From positions 4,148 to 68,147 of the forward strand of contig CAYMDK010000003.1 of assembly GCA_964389465.1 (NCBI GenBank): a stretch of DNA of 64,000 bases, in the 5' to 3' direction. The notes under the pieces were generated by a model, which saw only the letters and a list, made by a program, of their open reading frames with translations, did not search any database and was not told the DNA's origin. The position numbers and the translations under genes are program-made. The DNA is from an uncultured archaeon (GTDB taxonomy: Archaea > Thermoplasmatota > Poseidoniia > MGIII > CG-Epi1). This document shows positions 34,362-43,295 of this stretch, piece after piece; position 1 is the first letter of the stretch, and each line of letters starts with the position of its first letter.

Positions 34362-35096
34362 ATGAGCGGAACGCTCGACGGCAAGGTCGCGCTGGTGACC
34401 GGCGGCGGCACCGGCATCGGCCGCGCCATCGCCGTGCGGTTCGCCGCCGAAGGCGCGCGCGTCGCCATCTGCGGCCGGCGCGACGCGCCGCTGCGCGAAA
34501 CCGCGGCTGCCTGCGGAGTGCAGTGGCTGGTCGCCGACGTCTCCGACAGCGACAGCGTCGCGGCGCTGGCGGAATGGCTCGGGGCGGAGTTCGAGCGGGT
34601 CGACATCGTCGTCAACAATGCCGGGCTGTTCCTGCCGGGCTCGGTCGCGACGACCAGCGAAGCTGACTGGGATGCGGTCGTCGATACCAACCTGAAAGGC
34701 CCTTGGCTCGTCTCGCGCGCGCTGCTGCCGCTGCTGCCGGACGGCGGCTGCATCCTGAATATCGGCTCGACGCTCGGTCTGCGCGGCATCCCCGACGCGG
34801 CCGCCTACTGCGCCGCAAAAGGCGGGCTCGTGAACCTGACGCGCGCGATGGCGCTCGAACTGGCGCCGCGCATGCGGGTCAACTGCATCTGCCCCGCAGT
34901 GGTCGAGACGCCGATGGCGACCGACCGCATTGACGCTGGGACCGAAGACCGCGATGAGATGAATAGCGTGCAGCCGATGGGCCGCATGGGCCAGCCGGCA
35001 GAAATCGCCGCGATGGCGCTGCACCTCTGCGGCCCGGAAGCGGGCTGGACCACCGGCTCGATAGTCGCGGTCGATGGCGGCGTGACGGCCGAATAG
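34362..35096 (+). CDS. SDR-family oxidoreductase
   Basis: GKVALVTGGGTGIGRAIA, NNAG and YCAAKGG (YxxxK). The internal ATG of ORF 34299..35096 was used. Confidence 0.9.
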   Translation: MSGTLDGKVALVTGGGTGIGRAIAVRFAAEGARVAICGRRDAPLRETAAACGVQWLVADVSDSDSVAALAEWLGAEFERVDIVVNNAGLFLPGSVATTSEADWDAVVDTNLKGPWLVSRALLPLLPDGGCILNIGSTLGLRGIPDAAAYCAAKGGLVNLTRAMALELAPRMRVNCICPAVVETPMATDRIDAGTEDRDEMNSVQPMGRMGQPAEIAAMALHLCGPEAGWTTGSIVAVDGGVTAE

Positions 35097-35108
35097 TTCT
35101 CGACGACC

Positions 35109-35120
35109 GCTATAAAAGTA
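35109..35120 (-). terminator. T-rich tract downstream of tRNA-Tyr
   Basis: The minus strand reads tacttttatagc, starting 5 nt after the tRNA 3' end. Confidence 0.3.
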
Positions 35121-35124
35121 GAAC

Positions 35125-35243
35125 TGGTCCCGCCTCCCGGATTTGAACCGGGGACCTGCCGGTATCTGCGGCCTCCCGTTCTCACGGGACTTCAGGTTTA
35201 ACCCCTACAGCCGGCCGCTCTAGCCAGTCTGAGCTAAGGCGGG
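35125..35243 (-). tRNA. tRNA-Tyr (anticodon GTA) with a 41-nt intron at the canonical 37/38 position, encoded CCA
   Basis: Hand-folded from the reverse complement. Acceptor CCCGCCT/AGGCGGG (C1:G72, the archaeal/eukaryal Tyr identity pair). D arm GCTC-AGACTGGCTA-GAGC. Anticodon stem GCCGG...CCGGC with loop CTGTAG|intron|A. T arm CCCGG-TTCAAAT-CCGGG. Exons are 35243..35205 and 35163..35125. Confidence 0.85.
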
Positions 35244-35268
35244 TGCGGCTGCATTTGCCGGCACTATA

Positions 35269-36513
35269 TCAGGGTTCAGGCTGTGGCTCGTCGTACGCCA
35301 GCCCGCGGCGCAGCAGTTCGCGCACCAGCAGCAGGCAGGCGACCAGCACCAGCCCCAGCGCGACCCACGAGTTGGTCGCCATCTGCGGGTCGTCGGGGAA
35401 GATGAACGGCAGCGTCGCGGCAGCGTTCCAGGCACCGTGGACGATGACGCCGCCAAGATAGGCAGCCGGCACGACCCGGTTTGCCGGCCAGTCGCCGCGT
35501 TGTGACAGCGCCAGCGCGAAGCCGACCAGTGCCGGGCCGACTGCGTGCAGCACCGTCGAGCCGACGCCTCGCGCGAAGGCGTTGATGGTCCAGGCGTCGG
35601 CGCCATACCATATCAGCACCAGCAGGTCGTAGAGCATGTTCTCTATCATCGCGAAACCCATCCCGCACGCGGCGCCGTAGAGCACCCCCTCGTAGGGCGT
35701 CCGCAGCCGGCTCATCACGAACAGCAGGCCGAGCGGCTTCAGCGCCTCCTCGACCAGTGGCGCGACTACCGTCACCAGCAGGATTTCGGCCCGGCCGACC
35801 GCGCCGCCCTCGAGCATCAGCATTGGGTCCGCCCCCAGCAGCCGCCCGCCGGCATCGTTGAGCAGGCTCGCCGGCAGCGTCGCGAACATGCCCCACGAGA
35901 GCGCAATCAGCACCAATCGCTGCGGCTCGGGCTCGCTGTGCGTGCGACGGTAGATATAGCTCACCCAGAGCAGTGCCGGGAACGAGAAGGCGGCGACGAA
36001 CGCCAGCGGGAAGAGCAGCAGGAATTCGCCCTTCTCGGCGAGCACCGCGACCCCCAGCGCAATCGCCATCAGGAAGCCGAGCAGCAGCCACTTGGCCGCC
36101 GGCAGCTCGAGCGGCTGGCTCGGGACTGGCTGAATCCAGGGCGGCTCCGCCAGTTCCTCGGGTGGCGCCATTTCCGGCAGCGGCAGGTCGTCCTCGGGGA
36201 GTTCGCGGTGGTAGTAGCGCTCGCCCTGCCCCGGCAGGAAGTAGCCGCGGAAGGGCGGCAGCCCGCCGCCCTTCCGCGACGGGATGAAGAGCAGCGGCCG
36301 CGGCATCTTCTGCAGCAGCGCCCCGACGATGAGCGCGCCCGAGCAGAGCATGATGAGCATGAAGAAGGGCAGCAGCGGCACCGCGGGCAGTAGCAGCGGC
36401 GTCCCGTCCTGCTCGAGCGGGACAAAGTAGAGATACGCCAGTTGCCCCCCCATCAGCAGCAGCAGGTTGCCCAGCACCAGTCCGTAGATGCGGAAGAGCC
36501 CTCGTGGCAGCAC
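35269..36513 (-). CDS. PrsW-family intramembrane metalloprotease-like protein
   Basis: Polytopic membrane protein with VVAPLVEEALKPLG, GFAMIENMLY and STVLHAVGPAL (PrsW-type EExxK, ExN and H motifs). The N-terminal start is uncertain. Confidence 0.65.
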   Translation of the reverse strand: MLPRGLFRIYGLVLGNLLLLMGGQLAYLYFVPLEQDGTPLLLPAVPLLPFFMLIMLCSGALIVGALLQKMPRPLLFIPSRKGGGLPPFRGYFLPGQGERYYHRELPEDDLPLPEMAPPEELAEPPWIQPVPSQPLELPAAKWLLLGFLMAIALGVAVLAEKGEFLLLFPLAFVAAFSFPALLWVSYIYRRTHSEPEPQRLVLIALSWGMFATLPASLLNDAGGRLLGADPMLMLEGGAVGRAEILLVTVVAPLVEEALKPLGLLFVMSRLRTPYEGVLYGAACGMGFAMIENMLYDLLVLIWYGADAWTINAFARGVGSTVLHAVGPALVGFALALSQRGDWPANRVVPAAYLGGVIVHGAWNAAATLPFIFPDDPQMATNSWVALGLVLVACLLLVRELLRRGLAYDEPQPEP

Positions 36514-36534
36514 CCCGCGCCAGCTGCTGCCCCG

Positions 36535-37506
36535 TTAAGCGGTTTCGTCCAGCGACTTCAGCTGCGCGACGCACCCTTGCCGCGCCATCGCCAGCAGCGC
36601 GTCGGGGTCGCCCTGCGCCTTGAAGCCAGCCGCCCCCGGATGGCCGCCGGCCGACCCGGATTGCTCCTCGGCCAGCGCCTCGAGCAGCTGTGCCAGGTTC
36701 AGCCCCGCCTCGATGGCCGCGCTCGACGCGCGGCTCGAAATCCGGACTTGCCCCTTCCTGTTGCCCGAAGCGGCGAGCGCGACGTCGGCGCCAAGCGCGA
36801 CCATCAGCCGCGCCGTCCCCGATTCGAACGAGCCGGTGCGGGTCGTCGCCAGCAGCCATTTGCCCTCCTGCGAAAACTTGAGCCGCTGCGCCGCCTTCAG
36901 GAACATCGTGCGCTGCTGCTGCGGTCGCACGCGGTCGAGCAGGACCATCGCCTGGCGGGGTTCCCCGCCGGCAGCGGCGAGCGTGTGCGCCACCGCGAAG
37001 CTGTCGGCGCTCGCGTGGCGGAAGTGGCCGGTGTCAGCGTAGACGCCGGCGAGCAGCGGCAACGCCATTTGCGGCGTCAGCTTGATGCCCAGCTCCGGAA
37101 TCAGGCGAGTCACGATTTCGGCGGTGCTTTTCGCCTCCGGCTCGTGTATTAGCAACGTCCCCGCAGGCCATTCGCCGGCGGTCTGGTGATGGTCAATCAC
37201 CACGACGCTGCTACACTCGGGTAGCGGTGCGCAGTGTTCTGGATTGGACGTATCGACCACGACGACAGTGCCGTCCCAGCTCGCCGGCGGCCGCGCCTCG
37301 ATTTCGACCTCGAGCCGCTCCGCCATCACCTTGCCAGCGGCGCTCAGCCCGTCGGTGGCGGAGATACGCGCGCCCGGGAACGCCGCCGCGAGCGCGATGG
37401 CGCAGCCGACCGAGTCGGCGTCACCGTGGTGGTGGACCAGCAGCAGCAGCTCGCGCGCGAGCGCCGCCTCCAGCGCGGCGGGGTCAGGACCCGGCACTGG
37501 GACCAC
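36535..37506 (-). CDS. DHH/DHHA1 phosphoesterase (NrnA-like oligoribonuclease/pAp phosphatase)
   Basis: Motifs HHHGDADSVGCA, VVVVDTS, VIDHHQ, DTGHFRHA and GGHPGAAG. Confidence 0.8.
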   Translation of the reverse strand: MVPVPGPDPAALEAALARELLLLVHHHGDADSVGCAIALAAAFPGARISATDGLSAAGKVMAERLEVEIEARPPASWDGTVVVVDTSNPEHCAPLPECSSVVVIDHHQTAGEWPAGTLLIHEPEAKSTAEIVTRLIPELGIKLTPQMALPLLAGVYADTGHFRHASADSFAVAHTLAAAGGEPRQAMVLLDRVRPQQQRTMFLKAAQRLKFSQEGKWLLATTRTGSFESGTARLMVALGADVALAASGNRKGQVRISSRASSAAIEAGLNLAQLLEALAEEQSGSAGGHPGAAGFKAQGDPDALLAMARQGCVAQLKSLDETA

Positions 37507-37867
37507 CCGGCCCCTGCAGCCGCTGCAGCACTGGCGTCAGCCGGGTCTGCATCTCCTGTAGCTGGATATTCAGCTTCTCAATCTGCGTCTTGAGCGTCTT
37601 GGTGCGCAGCTCGAGCGTCTCCTGCTCTTCCTTCAGGTCGCTCTTCAGCTTCTCCAGGTCGTCGACGCGCACCATGATGGCGCCGCTGGCGCGGTAGAGC
37701 GGCGTGTCGGCCGCGACTTCGCCCAGCTCCTCCAGCGTGCGCTCGGTCTCGCGCACCGCCATCTCGACCTGCGACTGCTGCTGCGCCAGCGCCTGCGCCT
37801 GCTGCCGCAGCTGCTCGAACTGCTCCAGCTGCTGCTGCACATCGTCGGGAATCGCGTCAGTCGCCAT
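37484..37867 (-). CDS. pfdB: Prefoldin beta subunit
   Basis: Coiled-coil/hairpin/coiled-coil pattern (QQQLEQFEQLRQQ...LYRASGAIMVRVD...LKTQIEKLNIQLQEMQ). Occupies the conserved position in the exosome superoperon. Confidence 0.85.
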   Translation of the reverse strand: MATDAIPDDVQQQLEQFEQLRQQAQALAQQQSQVEMAVRETERTLEELGEVAADTPLYRASGAIMVRVDDLEKLKSDLKEEQETLELRTKTLKTQIEKLNIQLQEMQTRLTPVLQRLQGPGGPSAGS

Positions 37868-38087
37868 CTTCAGCCACCTGCTGCGCGCAAGCGGCCCAGC
37901 CTAAAAAAGAATTGAGCGCGGCGCGCAGGCTCACCATGTCTTCGGCCTCGAGCTCGAGCCGCAGCCGTTCGCCGGCGCTGCTCATCTCCAGCTTGACTTT
38001 GGGGACGCCCGCCTCCACTTCGGGTGCGAGCGCAGCCGCGACCGATGCCGTGCAGGGGCCGGTGCGCAGGTCGAGCGAAGCGCGCAT
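37857..38087 (-). CDS. KEOPS subunit Pcc1-like small protein
   Basis: 76 aa: MRASLDLRTG...RLRLELEAEDMVSLRAALNSFLGW. Sits in the position between rpoP and pfdB typical for Pcc1. The ATG overlaps the rpoP stop (ATGA). Confidence 0.5.
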   Translation of the reverse strand: MRASLDLRTGPCTASVAAALAPEVEAGVPKVKLEMSSAGERLRLELEAEDMVSLRAALNSFLGWAACAQQVAEDGD

Positions 38088-38227
38088 CAGTCCGACAGGA
38101 CAGTCTTCTTGGTCGAAGGGCGCTTTTTGTAGAAAATCTTGTTGCCGCACTTGCGACAGGTGAGCCCGAGCGTTTCGAGGTCCATCTCGAGCGTGGTGCC
38201 GCAGACCGAGCACTTGTAGTTGACCAT
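38087..38227 (-). CDS. rpoP: DNA-directed RNA polymerase subunit P (Rpo12)
   Basis: MVNYKCSVCGTTLEMD...LTCRKCGNKIFYKKRP, a zinc ribbon of 46 aa. Confidence 0.8.
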   Translation of the reverse strand: MVNYKCSVCGTTLEMDLETLGLTCRKCGNKIFYKKRPSTKKTVLSD

Positions 38228-38457
38228 TACTTCTCCACCGGGGTCGGGTAGTAAGCGCCGCTGGCGAACTCGAGTCCGCAGCTGCGGCAGCGGTAGATGC
38301 CGGTCGAGACGCGCCGCACGCGCTGCTTGGTGCACTCGGGGCAGGCGTGCCACTTGCGCTGCTTCGCCTCGACCGAGCCGATGCGTCGCCTTACGGAGAC
38401 GCCGTAGCGCGGGCCGAAGCGGCCGGTGCTGCCAACCTTGCGGGTTCTCTGACTCAT
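38227..38457 (-). CDS. rpl37ae: 50S ribosomal protein L37Ae (eL43)
   Basis: [19 protein letters not shown]...CPECTKQRVRRVSTGIYRCRSCG. The ATG overlaps the rrp42 stop. Confidence 0.9.
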   Translation of the reverse strand: MSQRTRKVGSTGRFGPRYGVSVRRRIGSVEAKQRKWHACPECTKQRVRRVSTGIYRCRSCGLEFASGAYYPTPVEK

Positions 38458-39242
38458 TTCGTGGCCTCTTTCAGCGCCTTGCGCAGAGCCTTGTCGGCGG
38501 TACGCGCGGTCTTGACTGAAGCCTTGATTTCGTCGGGGGTGAAGGCGCCGCTGTAACCTTTCTGCATCGCCCGCAGGTTGCCGTTCTCGTCGTGCGCCAC
38601 GGTCAGCCGGGCGTTCATCACCGTCTCCTCGTCGTGGTTCGGGTCGAGCACGATTGCTTCCCCGAGCTTGGCGAAGGTGCAGGAGATGGGCCAGCAACTG
38701 ATGGGCAGGTCGACGTCCTTGTCGGCGATGGAGTGCTGGACGTTCGGGATTTTCGCGTTCCCGAGCGCCGATGCCGCGGCGAGCGTGCAGCAGTCGAACA
38801 GGTTGCCGCCGTGGTCCAGGATATGCATGTCGATGAAGACAATCCACACCTTTTCGCCGTGCTCGATGCAGAGTCCCTCGAAGTCAATCATCTGCGACTC
38901 GCGGATACCCCGGTCGACGACGCGCGCCAGCTCGATGGCGGGCTCACGCGGCGGCCCCGGCTCGAACTGTTCCGAAGCCAGGCACGCCAGTTCGGCGGTG
39001 GTGGTCATGCTGCCGCGTCCCGGGGAATCGGGGTAGGGCGTCCCAACCAGCAGCTTGACGCCGCACATCACTGTGGTATCGCCCAGGCTGACGCGCGATG
39101 ACCCCTCGGCGGTGCCGATGAGTCCCGTCTCGATGCTGACCTCGCGGAACTCGTTGGTGCCGCGTCCGTCGGTGCGCTTGCCGTCTGCGGCGAGCTTCTC
39201 GATGTGCCCGCGCATCAGGTTGGCTACTGTAGCGGCGCTCAT
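38454..39242 (-). CDS. rrp42: Exosome complex protein Rrp42 (RNase PH-like, non-catalytic)
   Basis: [41 protein letters not shown]. Follows rrp41 with a 4-nt overlap. Confidence 0.9.
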   Translation of the reverse strand: MSAATVANLMRGHIEKLAADGKRTDGRGTNEFREVSIETGLIGTAEGSSRVSLGDTTVMCGVKLLVGTPYPDSPGRGSMTTTAELACLASEQFEPGPPREPAIELARVVDRGIRESQMIDFEGLCIEHGEKVWIVFIDMHILDHGGNLFDCCTLAAASALGNAKIPNVQHSIADKDVDLPISCWPISCTFAKLGEAIVLDPNHDEETVMNARLTVAHDENGNLRAMQKGYSGAFTPDEIKASVKTARTADKALRKALKEATK

Positions 39243-39964
39243 GCGTTGCCTCCGTAGCGGTTGGCAAGTGCCGCCCGCTGGATTTCATAAAGGTCCATGC
39301 AGCCCTTGTAGGCCATGTCGAGCGCCTGCTCGAACTCCTCGGGAGTCAGGTGGCCGTCCAGCTGGAGCAGCACCACTTCGCCCGTCGAAGGCACGATGGC
39401 GAGCGGAAGGTCCGCCTGCCCGTAGTTATCTTCTTCCTTGTTCAGGTCAAGCACGACGGTGTCGCTCACCTTGCCCGCCGCGCAGGACGGGATGATGTCG
39501 CGCATCGGGATGCCGGCGTCAGCCAGCGCGACCGATGCCGCTGTCAGCGCCGCACAGCGGGTGCCGGCGTGCGCCTCGACCACCTGCATGTCCACCCGGA
39601 TGGCGGCACGCGGGAACTGCTCGACCATCACGACGCGCTCCAGCGCCTGCGAGACGATGTAGGAAATTTCGCTCGAGCGGCGGTCGTAGCCGGGCCGCTT
39701 GCGGTCGTTGACGCTGAAAGGCGCCATGGTGTAGCGCGCCTGCACGATGGCGCGGTCCTGCTGCTGCTTGTGGCGCGGGTGGCACTCGATGGGGCCGAAG
39801 ACCCCGGCGTACACCTTGTTGTTACCCCACTCCAGGTAGCATGACCCGTCGGCGCGGTTCAGCACGCCGGCTTCGATGCGCACGTCGCGCAGTTCGTCTG
39901 GCTTGCGACCGTCAAGTCGCTTCCCCTTCTTGATAAATTCGATATCGCTGTTTCCGCCTGCCAT
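39239..39964 (-). CDS. rrp41: Exosome complex exonuclease Rrp41 (RNase PH-like)
   Basis: [43 protein letters not shown] and [21 protein letters not shown]. Confidence 0.92.
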   Translation of the reverse strand: MAGGNSDIEFIKKGKRLDGRKPDELRDVRIEAGVLNRADGSCYLEWGNNKVYAGVFGPIECHPRHKQQQDRAIVQARYTMAPFSVNDRKRPGYDRRSSEISYIVSQALERVVMVEQFPRAAIRVDMQVVEAHAGTRCAALTAASVALADAGIPMRDIIPSCAAGKVSDTVVLDLNKEEDNYGQADLPLAIVPSTGEVVLLQLDGHLTPEEFEQALDMAYKGCMDLYEIQRAALANRYGGNA

Positions 39965-39968
39965 GTTT

Positions 39969-40640
39969 TCACTCCAGTAGTTTTTCGATTTTCTCCGTCA
40001 GCCCGCTGCTAGTCGCCTCGCGGGAAATAGTCTCGACTGCCTCCTGTGCGCGGGCAATCTGCTCGGATTCGCCATCAATCCAGATGCGACCATTCTGGCC
40101 GACCTGCATGCGGCATCCCGTCTTTTCGCGAATGAGCGTAATCATCGCCCCCTGCTTGCCAATCACGCGGCTCACGCGCGATGGCGAAATGTGGACGATG
40201 GTGCCGGCGTAGAGCTTGCGACAGTCGTCCTTCTTGAGCGTGACCTGGTGGCTGCCGCTGCCGTCAACCATGAACACCTCGGCCAGCGCCGCGTCACCGA
40301 TGCCGATGAAGCTGGCGGTATCACCGAAGTCCACTTTCCAGTCGGTCTCGCTGTGGTGCAGCATCGAGTTCTGGAACGCGCCGATGTTCATGCGCCAGAG
40401 CGAAGGACCGGTCTCGACGCAGACTGCGATAACCTTGTCGCCGACGCGCGGGCTGTAGCGCCCCGCTATTGGCTGGACGTTGGTATAGCCGGAACTCTCG
40501 CTCGGAAAACCGAGCACGGCGGCGTGCGCCTCCCCGCCGCGGCTGAAGGTTCCGGAGCCGGCCTTCTGGCCCGCTTCCAGCTTGTCGCCCGGCAGCAGGA
40601 CAGACCTGCCGCTGGCTTGTTTAGATGAAGATGGATTCAT
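39969..40640 (-). CDS. rrp4: Exosome complex RNA-binding protein Rrp4 (S1 + KH)
   Basis: S1-like [15 protein letters not shown] and KH-like [30 protein letters not shown]. Confidence 0.9.
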   Translation of the reverse strand: MNPSSSKQASGRSVLLPGDKLEAGQKAGSGTFSRGGEAHAAVLGFPSESSGYTNVQPIAGRYSPRVGDKVIAVCVETGPSLWRMNIGAFQNSMLHHSETDWKVDFGDTASFIGIGDAALAEVFMVDGSGSHQVTLKKDDCRKLYAGTIVHISPSRVSRVIGKQGAMITLIREKTGCRMQVGQNGRIWIDGESEQIARAQEAVETISREATSSGLTEKIEKLLE

Positions 40641-40737
40641 AACTGTTCACTCCTCTTTCTGTCTTGCGTGTGTCGGCGCGGACCTGCTGCGGTATTTGAA
40701 GCTTGGCCTGTTGCGGACGCGTCGCACGCGCCTTGCG

Positions 40738-41433
40738 CTATAGCTGCTTGACTTCGGCGGTGCCGTGCGTCAGCGAGCCGAGCCGGTCGAGCAGGTCGGC
40801 GTGCGCGCCAGCCGACAGTTCGAGCACCGCAATCCAGCTGCCGTCCGACTGGTACTCTTCCTGCGTGATGGTCGCCAGTGCCTTCATCTCGCCATAGCAG
40901 CGGCCGACGTGCTGCGCCGGAATCCGGACGGCGACGCGCATCTTCTCGAACGAAATCGGCAGCAGCGGCCGCAGCGCCTTCACCGCGCGCTCGACCTGCC
41001 GCTCGAGCGCTTCGAGCGGGTCGACCATGAACTTCGCTTCGGCCAGCGCGTTCTCGATGCGTTGAGGCGGGTGCGGCGCGCCGGTCTGCGGGTTCATCGC
41101 GGCAGAAGCGATGTGCGCCACCAGCTGCTTGTGCCGCTGCTCGACCAGTTCCTTGCGCTGCGCCGCGGTGAGCTGGATGTCGCCCCGCTCGAGGATGGCG
41201 GTGCAGACCGCTTCCAGCTCAAGCGTGCCGAAGGCTTCCTGCACCGCCCCGTCGCCGGCATGCTCGCCCTTGGCCGAGTCGCTCCAGATGCCCTCGGTCG
41301 CGAGCGCGTTGTCCCAGTCAATTTCGCCATTTTCGCGGAACGCCTGCGCCGCCTCGGGGTCTACCAGGATTTCGAACTTGTGGCCGCCGGATTCGAGGCG
41401 CGCAATTACCGCCTCGTCCAGCGACACCATCAC
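40738..41433 (-). CDS. Ribosome maturation protein SBDS/Sdo1
   Basis: [26 protein letters not shown]...[12 protein letters not shown]. Has a 4-nt overlap with psmA. Confidence 0.9.
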   Translation of the reverse strand: MMVSLDEAVIARLESGGHKFEILVDPEAAQAFRENGEIDWDNALATEGIWSDSAKGEHAGDGAVQEAFGTLELEAVCTAILERGDIQLTAAQRKELVEQRHKQLVAHIASAAMNPQTGAPHPPQRIENALAEAKFMVDPLEALERQVERAVKALRPLLPISFEKMRVAVRIPAQHVGRCYGEMKALATITQEEYQSDGSWIAVLELSAGAHADLLDRLGSLTHGTAEVKQL

Positions 41434-42143
41434 TTGGCCTTGGCGACCGCCTTCTTCACATCAGCCTTGGAGAGGGTGTGGAAAGCCTGCTTCGCGGAGA
41501 CCACGGCAACCTCGATGACTTCCGGCTTGAGCTTGTGCTCGTTGGCCGCCGCTAGCGCCTTCAGGCCGAGGGCAACCGCCTGCGCTTGCGTCATATTTTC
41601 CTTGTAGCTGTCCTCGAAGACTTCCATGACCTCGTTGCGGCCGGCACCGATGCCGCCTGCCTTGTACGCCATCATCGCGCCCGAAGGGTCGGTCTCGTAG
41701 AGATGCGGCCCCGATTCGTCAACACCCGCCATGAGCATCGCGGTCCCGAAAGGCCGCACGCCGCCGTACTGGGTGTAGCTCTGCTTGAAGTCGCAGAGTT
41801 TCTTGACCAGCGCCTCGACCGGGATTTTCTCCTCGTAGTTGAAGGCGTTAACCTGACACTCGACCCGCGCGCGGTCGACCAGCGCCCGCGCGTCGGCGAC
41901 CAGCCCCGAAGTGGCGCAGCCGACGTGGTCGTCAATCTTGAACATTTTTTCAATAGAGTCGGGTTCGATGAGCTTCGAGCTGAGTCGCTTGTCGACAATC
42001 AGCACTACGCCATCCTTGAACTTGACGCCGACGGTCGTGGTGCCACGCTTGACCGCCTCGCGGGCGTACTCGACCTGGAAGAGTCGCCCGTCGGGCGAGA
42101 ATACGGTGATGGCGCGGTCATACGCCATGTGGCCTGCCTGCAT
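41430..42143 (-). CDS. psmA: Proteasome alpha subunit
   Basis: [32 protein letters not shown]. Confidence 0.95.
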   Translation of the reverse strand: MQAGHMAYDRAITVFSPDGRLFQVEYAREAVKRGTTTVGVKFKDGVVLIVDKRLSSKLIEPDSIEKMFKIDDHVGCATSGLVADARALVDRARVECQVNAFNYEEKIPVEALVKKLCDFKQSYTQYGGVRPFGTAMLMAGVDESGPHLYETDPSGAMMAYKAGGIGAGRNEVMEVFEDSYKENMTQAQAVALGLKALAAANEHKLKPEVIEVAVVSAKQAFHTLSKADVKKAVAKAK

Positions 42144-42183
42144 TGAAATCGGCGCGTCACCGTCGCTGGAGTGCTAAATAGGT

Positions 42184-43293
42184 ATGGTCGCGCACAATCA
42201 TTTAACGCCATGCGGCTGCGCCCGCGTGCGCCCTGCCTTCCTGCTCGCCGCCCTGCTGCTCGCCGCCGGCTGCCTCGACGCCGGGCCGGGGACGCTGGAG
42301 GGCATCGAGATTGCGGTGCCGGAAGGCGTCATCGAGGGCGACCCGGCGCAATTCGGCCTGCTCGGTTCGCAGCCGTCGGGAGCGAAATATTACTGGGAGT
42401 TCGGTGACGGCAACGGCGTTGTCGGCGCGGCACCGGCCCACACTTACGCCGACGAAGGCAGCTACACAGTGCTGCTGACCGCCGTCGGTTCCGACGGTGC
42501 GACCGGCGCGGCGAGCGCCAGCGTCGAAATCATGCACCGCAATGAGCCGCCAACCGCTGACGCTGGTCCCGGGTTGGCGGCGCGTGTGCACGAGCAACTG
42601 CGGTTTGACGGCTCCAACTCGAGCGACCCCGAAGGCGTCCTTGCCTGGGCATGGGACTTTGGCGACGGCGCACTCGGCTCGGGCGCGCGGCCGTTCCACA
42701 ACTACTCGGCGCCCGGCAACTACTCGGTCACGCTGGTTGTCACTGACGCCGAGAACCTCACCGCCACCGCCACGACCTGGGCCGAGGTGCGGATGCGCAA
42801 CTACAGCGTCGGCTTCAGCGAGACCACCCGCACGGTGACCGTCCCGGGCTACACGGCGGAGGGCGACCTGACCGAATGGCTCGAAACGCTGCCCTACAAC
42901 GTCACCAGCGTCACGCTTCACCTCGAGTGGAGCGAGGACGAGGCGGCGGATGCGCTGGGGCTCTTCCCCGACGACTTCGAGCTGCGGGGCAACAGCGCCT
43001 GGGGCGCCCGCGAGACGGCGCGCTCGACCAGCGGCGACCTCTCGGTCAACTTCACGGTCCTCGACTCTATTCCGGCCGACCGCGAGATGGAGGGTGAATC
43101 TGGTGCCGACATCTACGCGCAGTTGCTGGCGGGCGGTGACTTCAGCGCCAAGGGGCGCGGCGACTGGACGCTGGCGGTAACCTGCCACAACGCTCCCTCT
43201 GTCGGGCTGCTACTGGACCTTGACGACGGCAACGACTGGGTGCTGACACTCCAGTACAGCTACTACTTCGCGACCGTGGTCGAGCTGGCCTGA
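42184..43293 (+). CDS. Secreted lipoprotein-like protein with two PKD domains
   Basis: Lipobox-like LLLAAGC. PKD signatures YYWEFGDGNG...HTYADEGSYTVLLTA and WAWDFGDGA...HNYSAPGNYSVTLVVTD. Confidence 0.75.
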   Translation: MVAHNHLTPCGCARVRPAFLLAALLLAAGCLDAGPGTLEGIEIAVPEGVIEGDPAQFGLLGSQPSGAKYYWEFGDGNGVVGAAPAHTYADEGSYTVLLTAVGSDGATGAASASVEIMHRNEPPTADAGPGLAARVHEQLRFDGSNSSDPEGVLAWAWDFGDGALGSGARPFHNYSAPGNYSVTLVVTDAENLTATATTWAEVRMRNYSVGFSETTRTVTVPGYTAEGDLTEWLETLPYNVTSVTLHLEWSEDEAADALGLFPDDFELRGNSAWGARETARSTSGDLSVNFTVLDSIPADREMEGESGADIYAQLLAGGDFSAKGRGDWTLAVTCHNAPSVGLLLDLDDGNDWVLTLQYSYYFATVVELA

Positions 43294-43295
43294 AA

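Noticed and set aside
35109-35120. A TATA-like gctataaaagta after the SDR gene, considered as a promoter.
   Set aside because: No gene lies downstream in either orientation at a suitable distance. On the minus strand it is a T-rich tract immediately after tRNA-Tyr, so a terminator role is more likely.
38227-38847. A 206-aa ORF covering rpl37ae plus upstream sequence.
   Set aside because: The upstream 130 codons are an out-of-frame overlap with rrp42 and are Arg/Pro/Gly-rich. The conserved L37Ae sequence begins at ATG 38455-38457, which overlaps the rrp42 stop.
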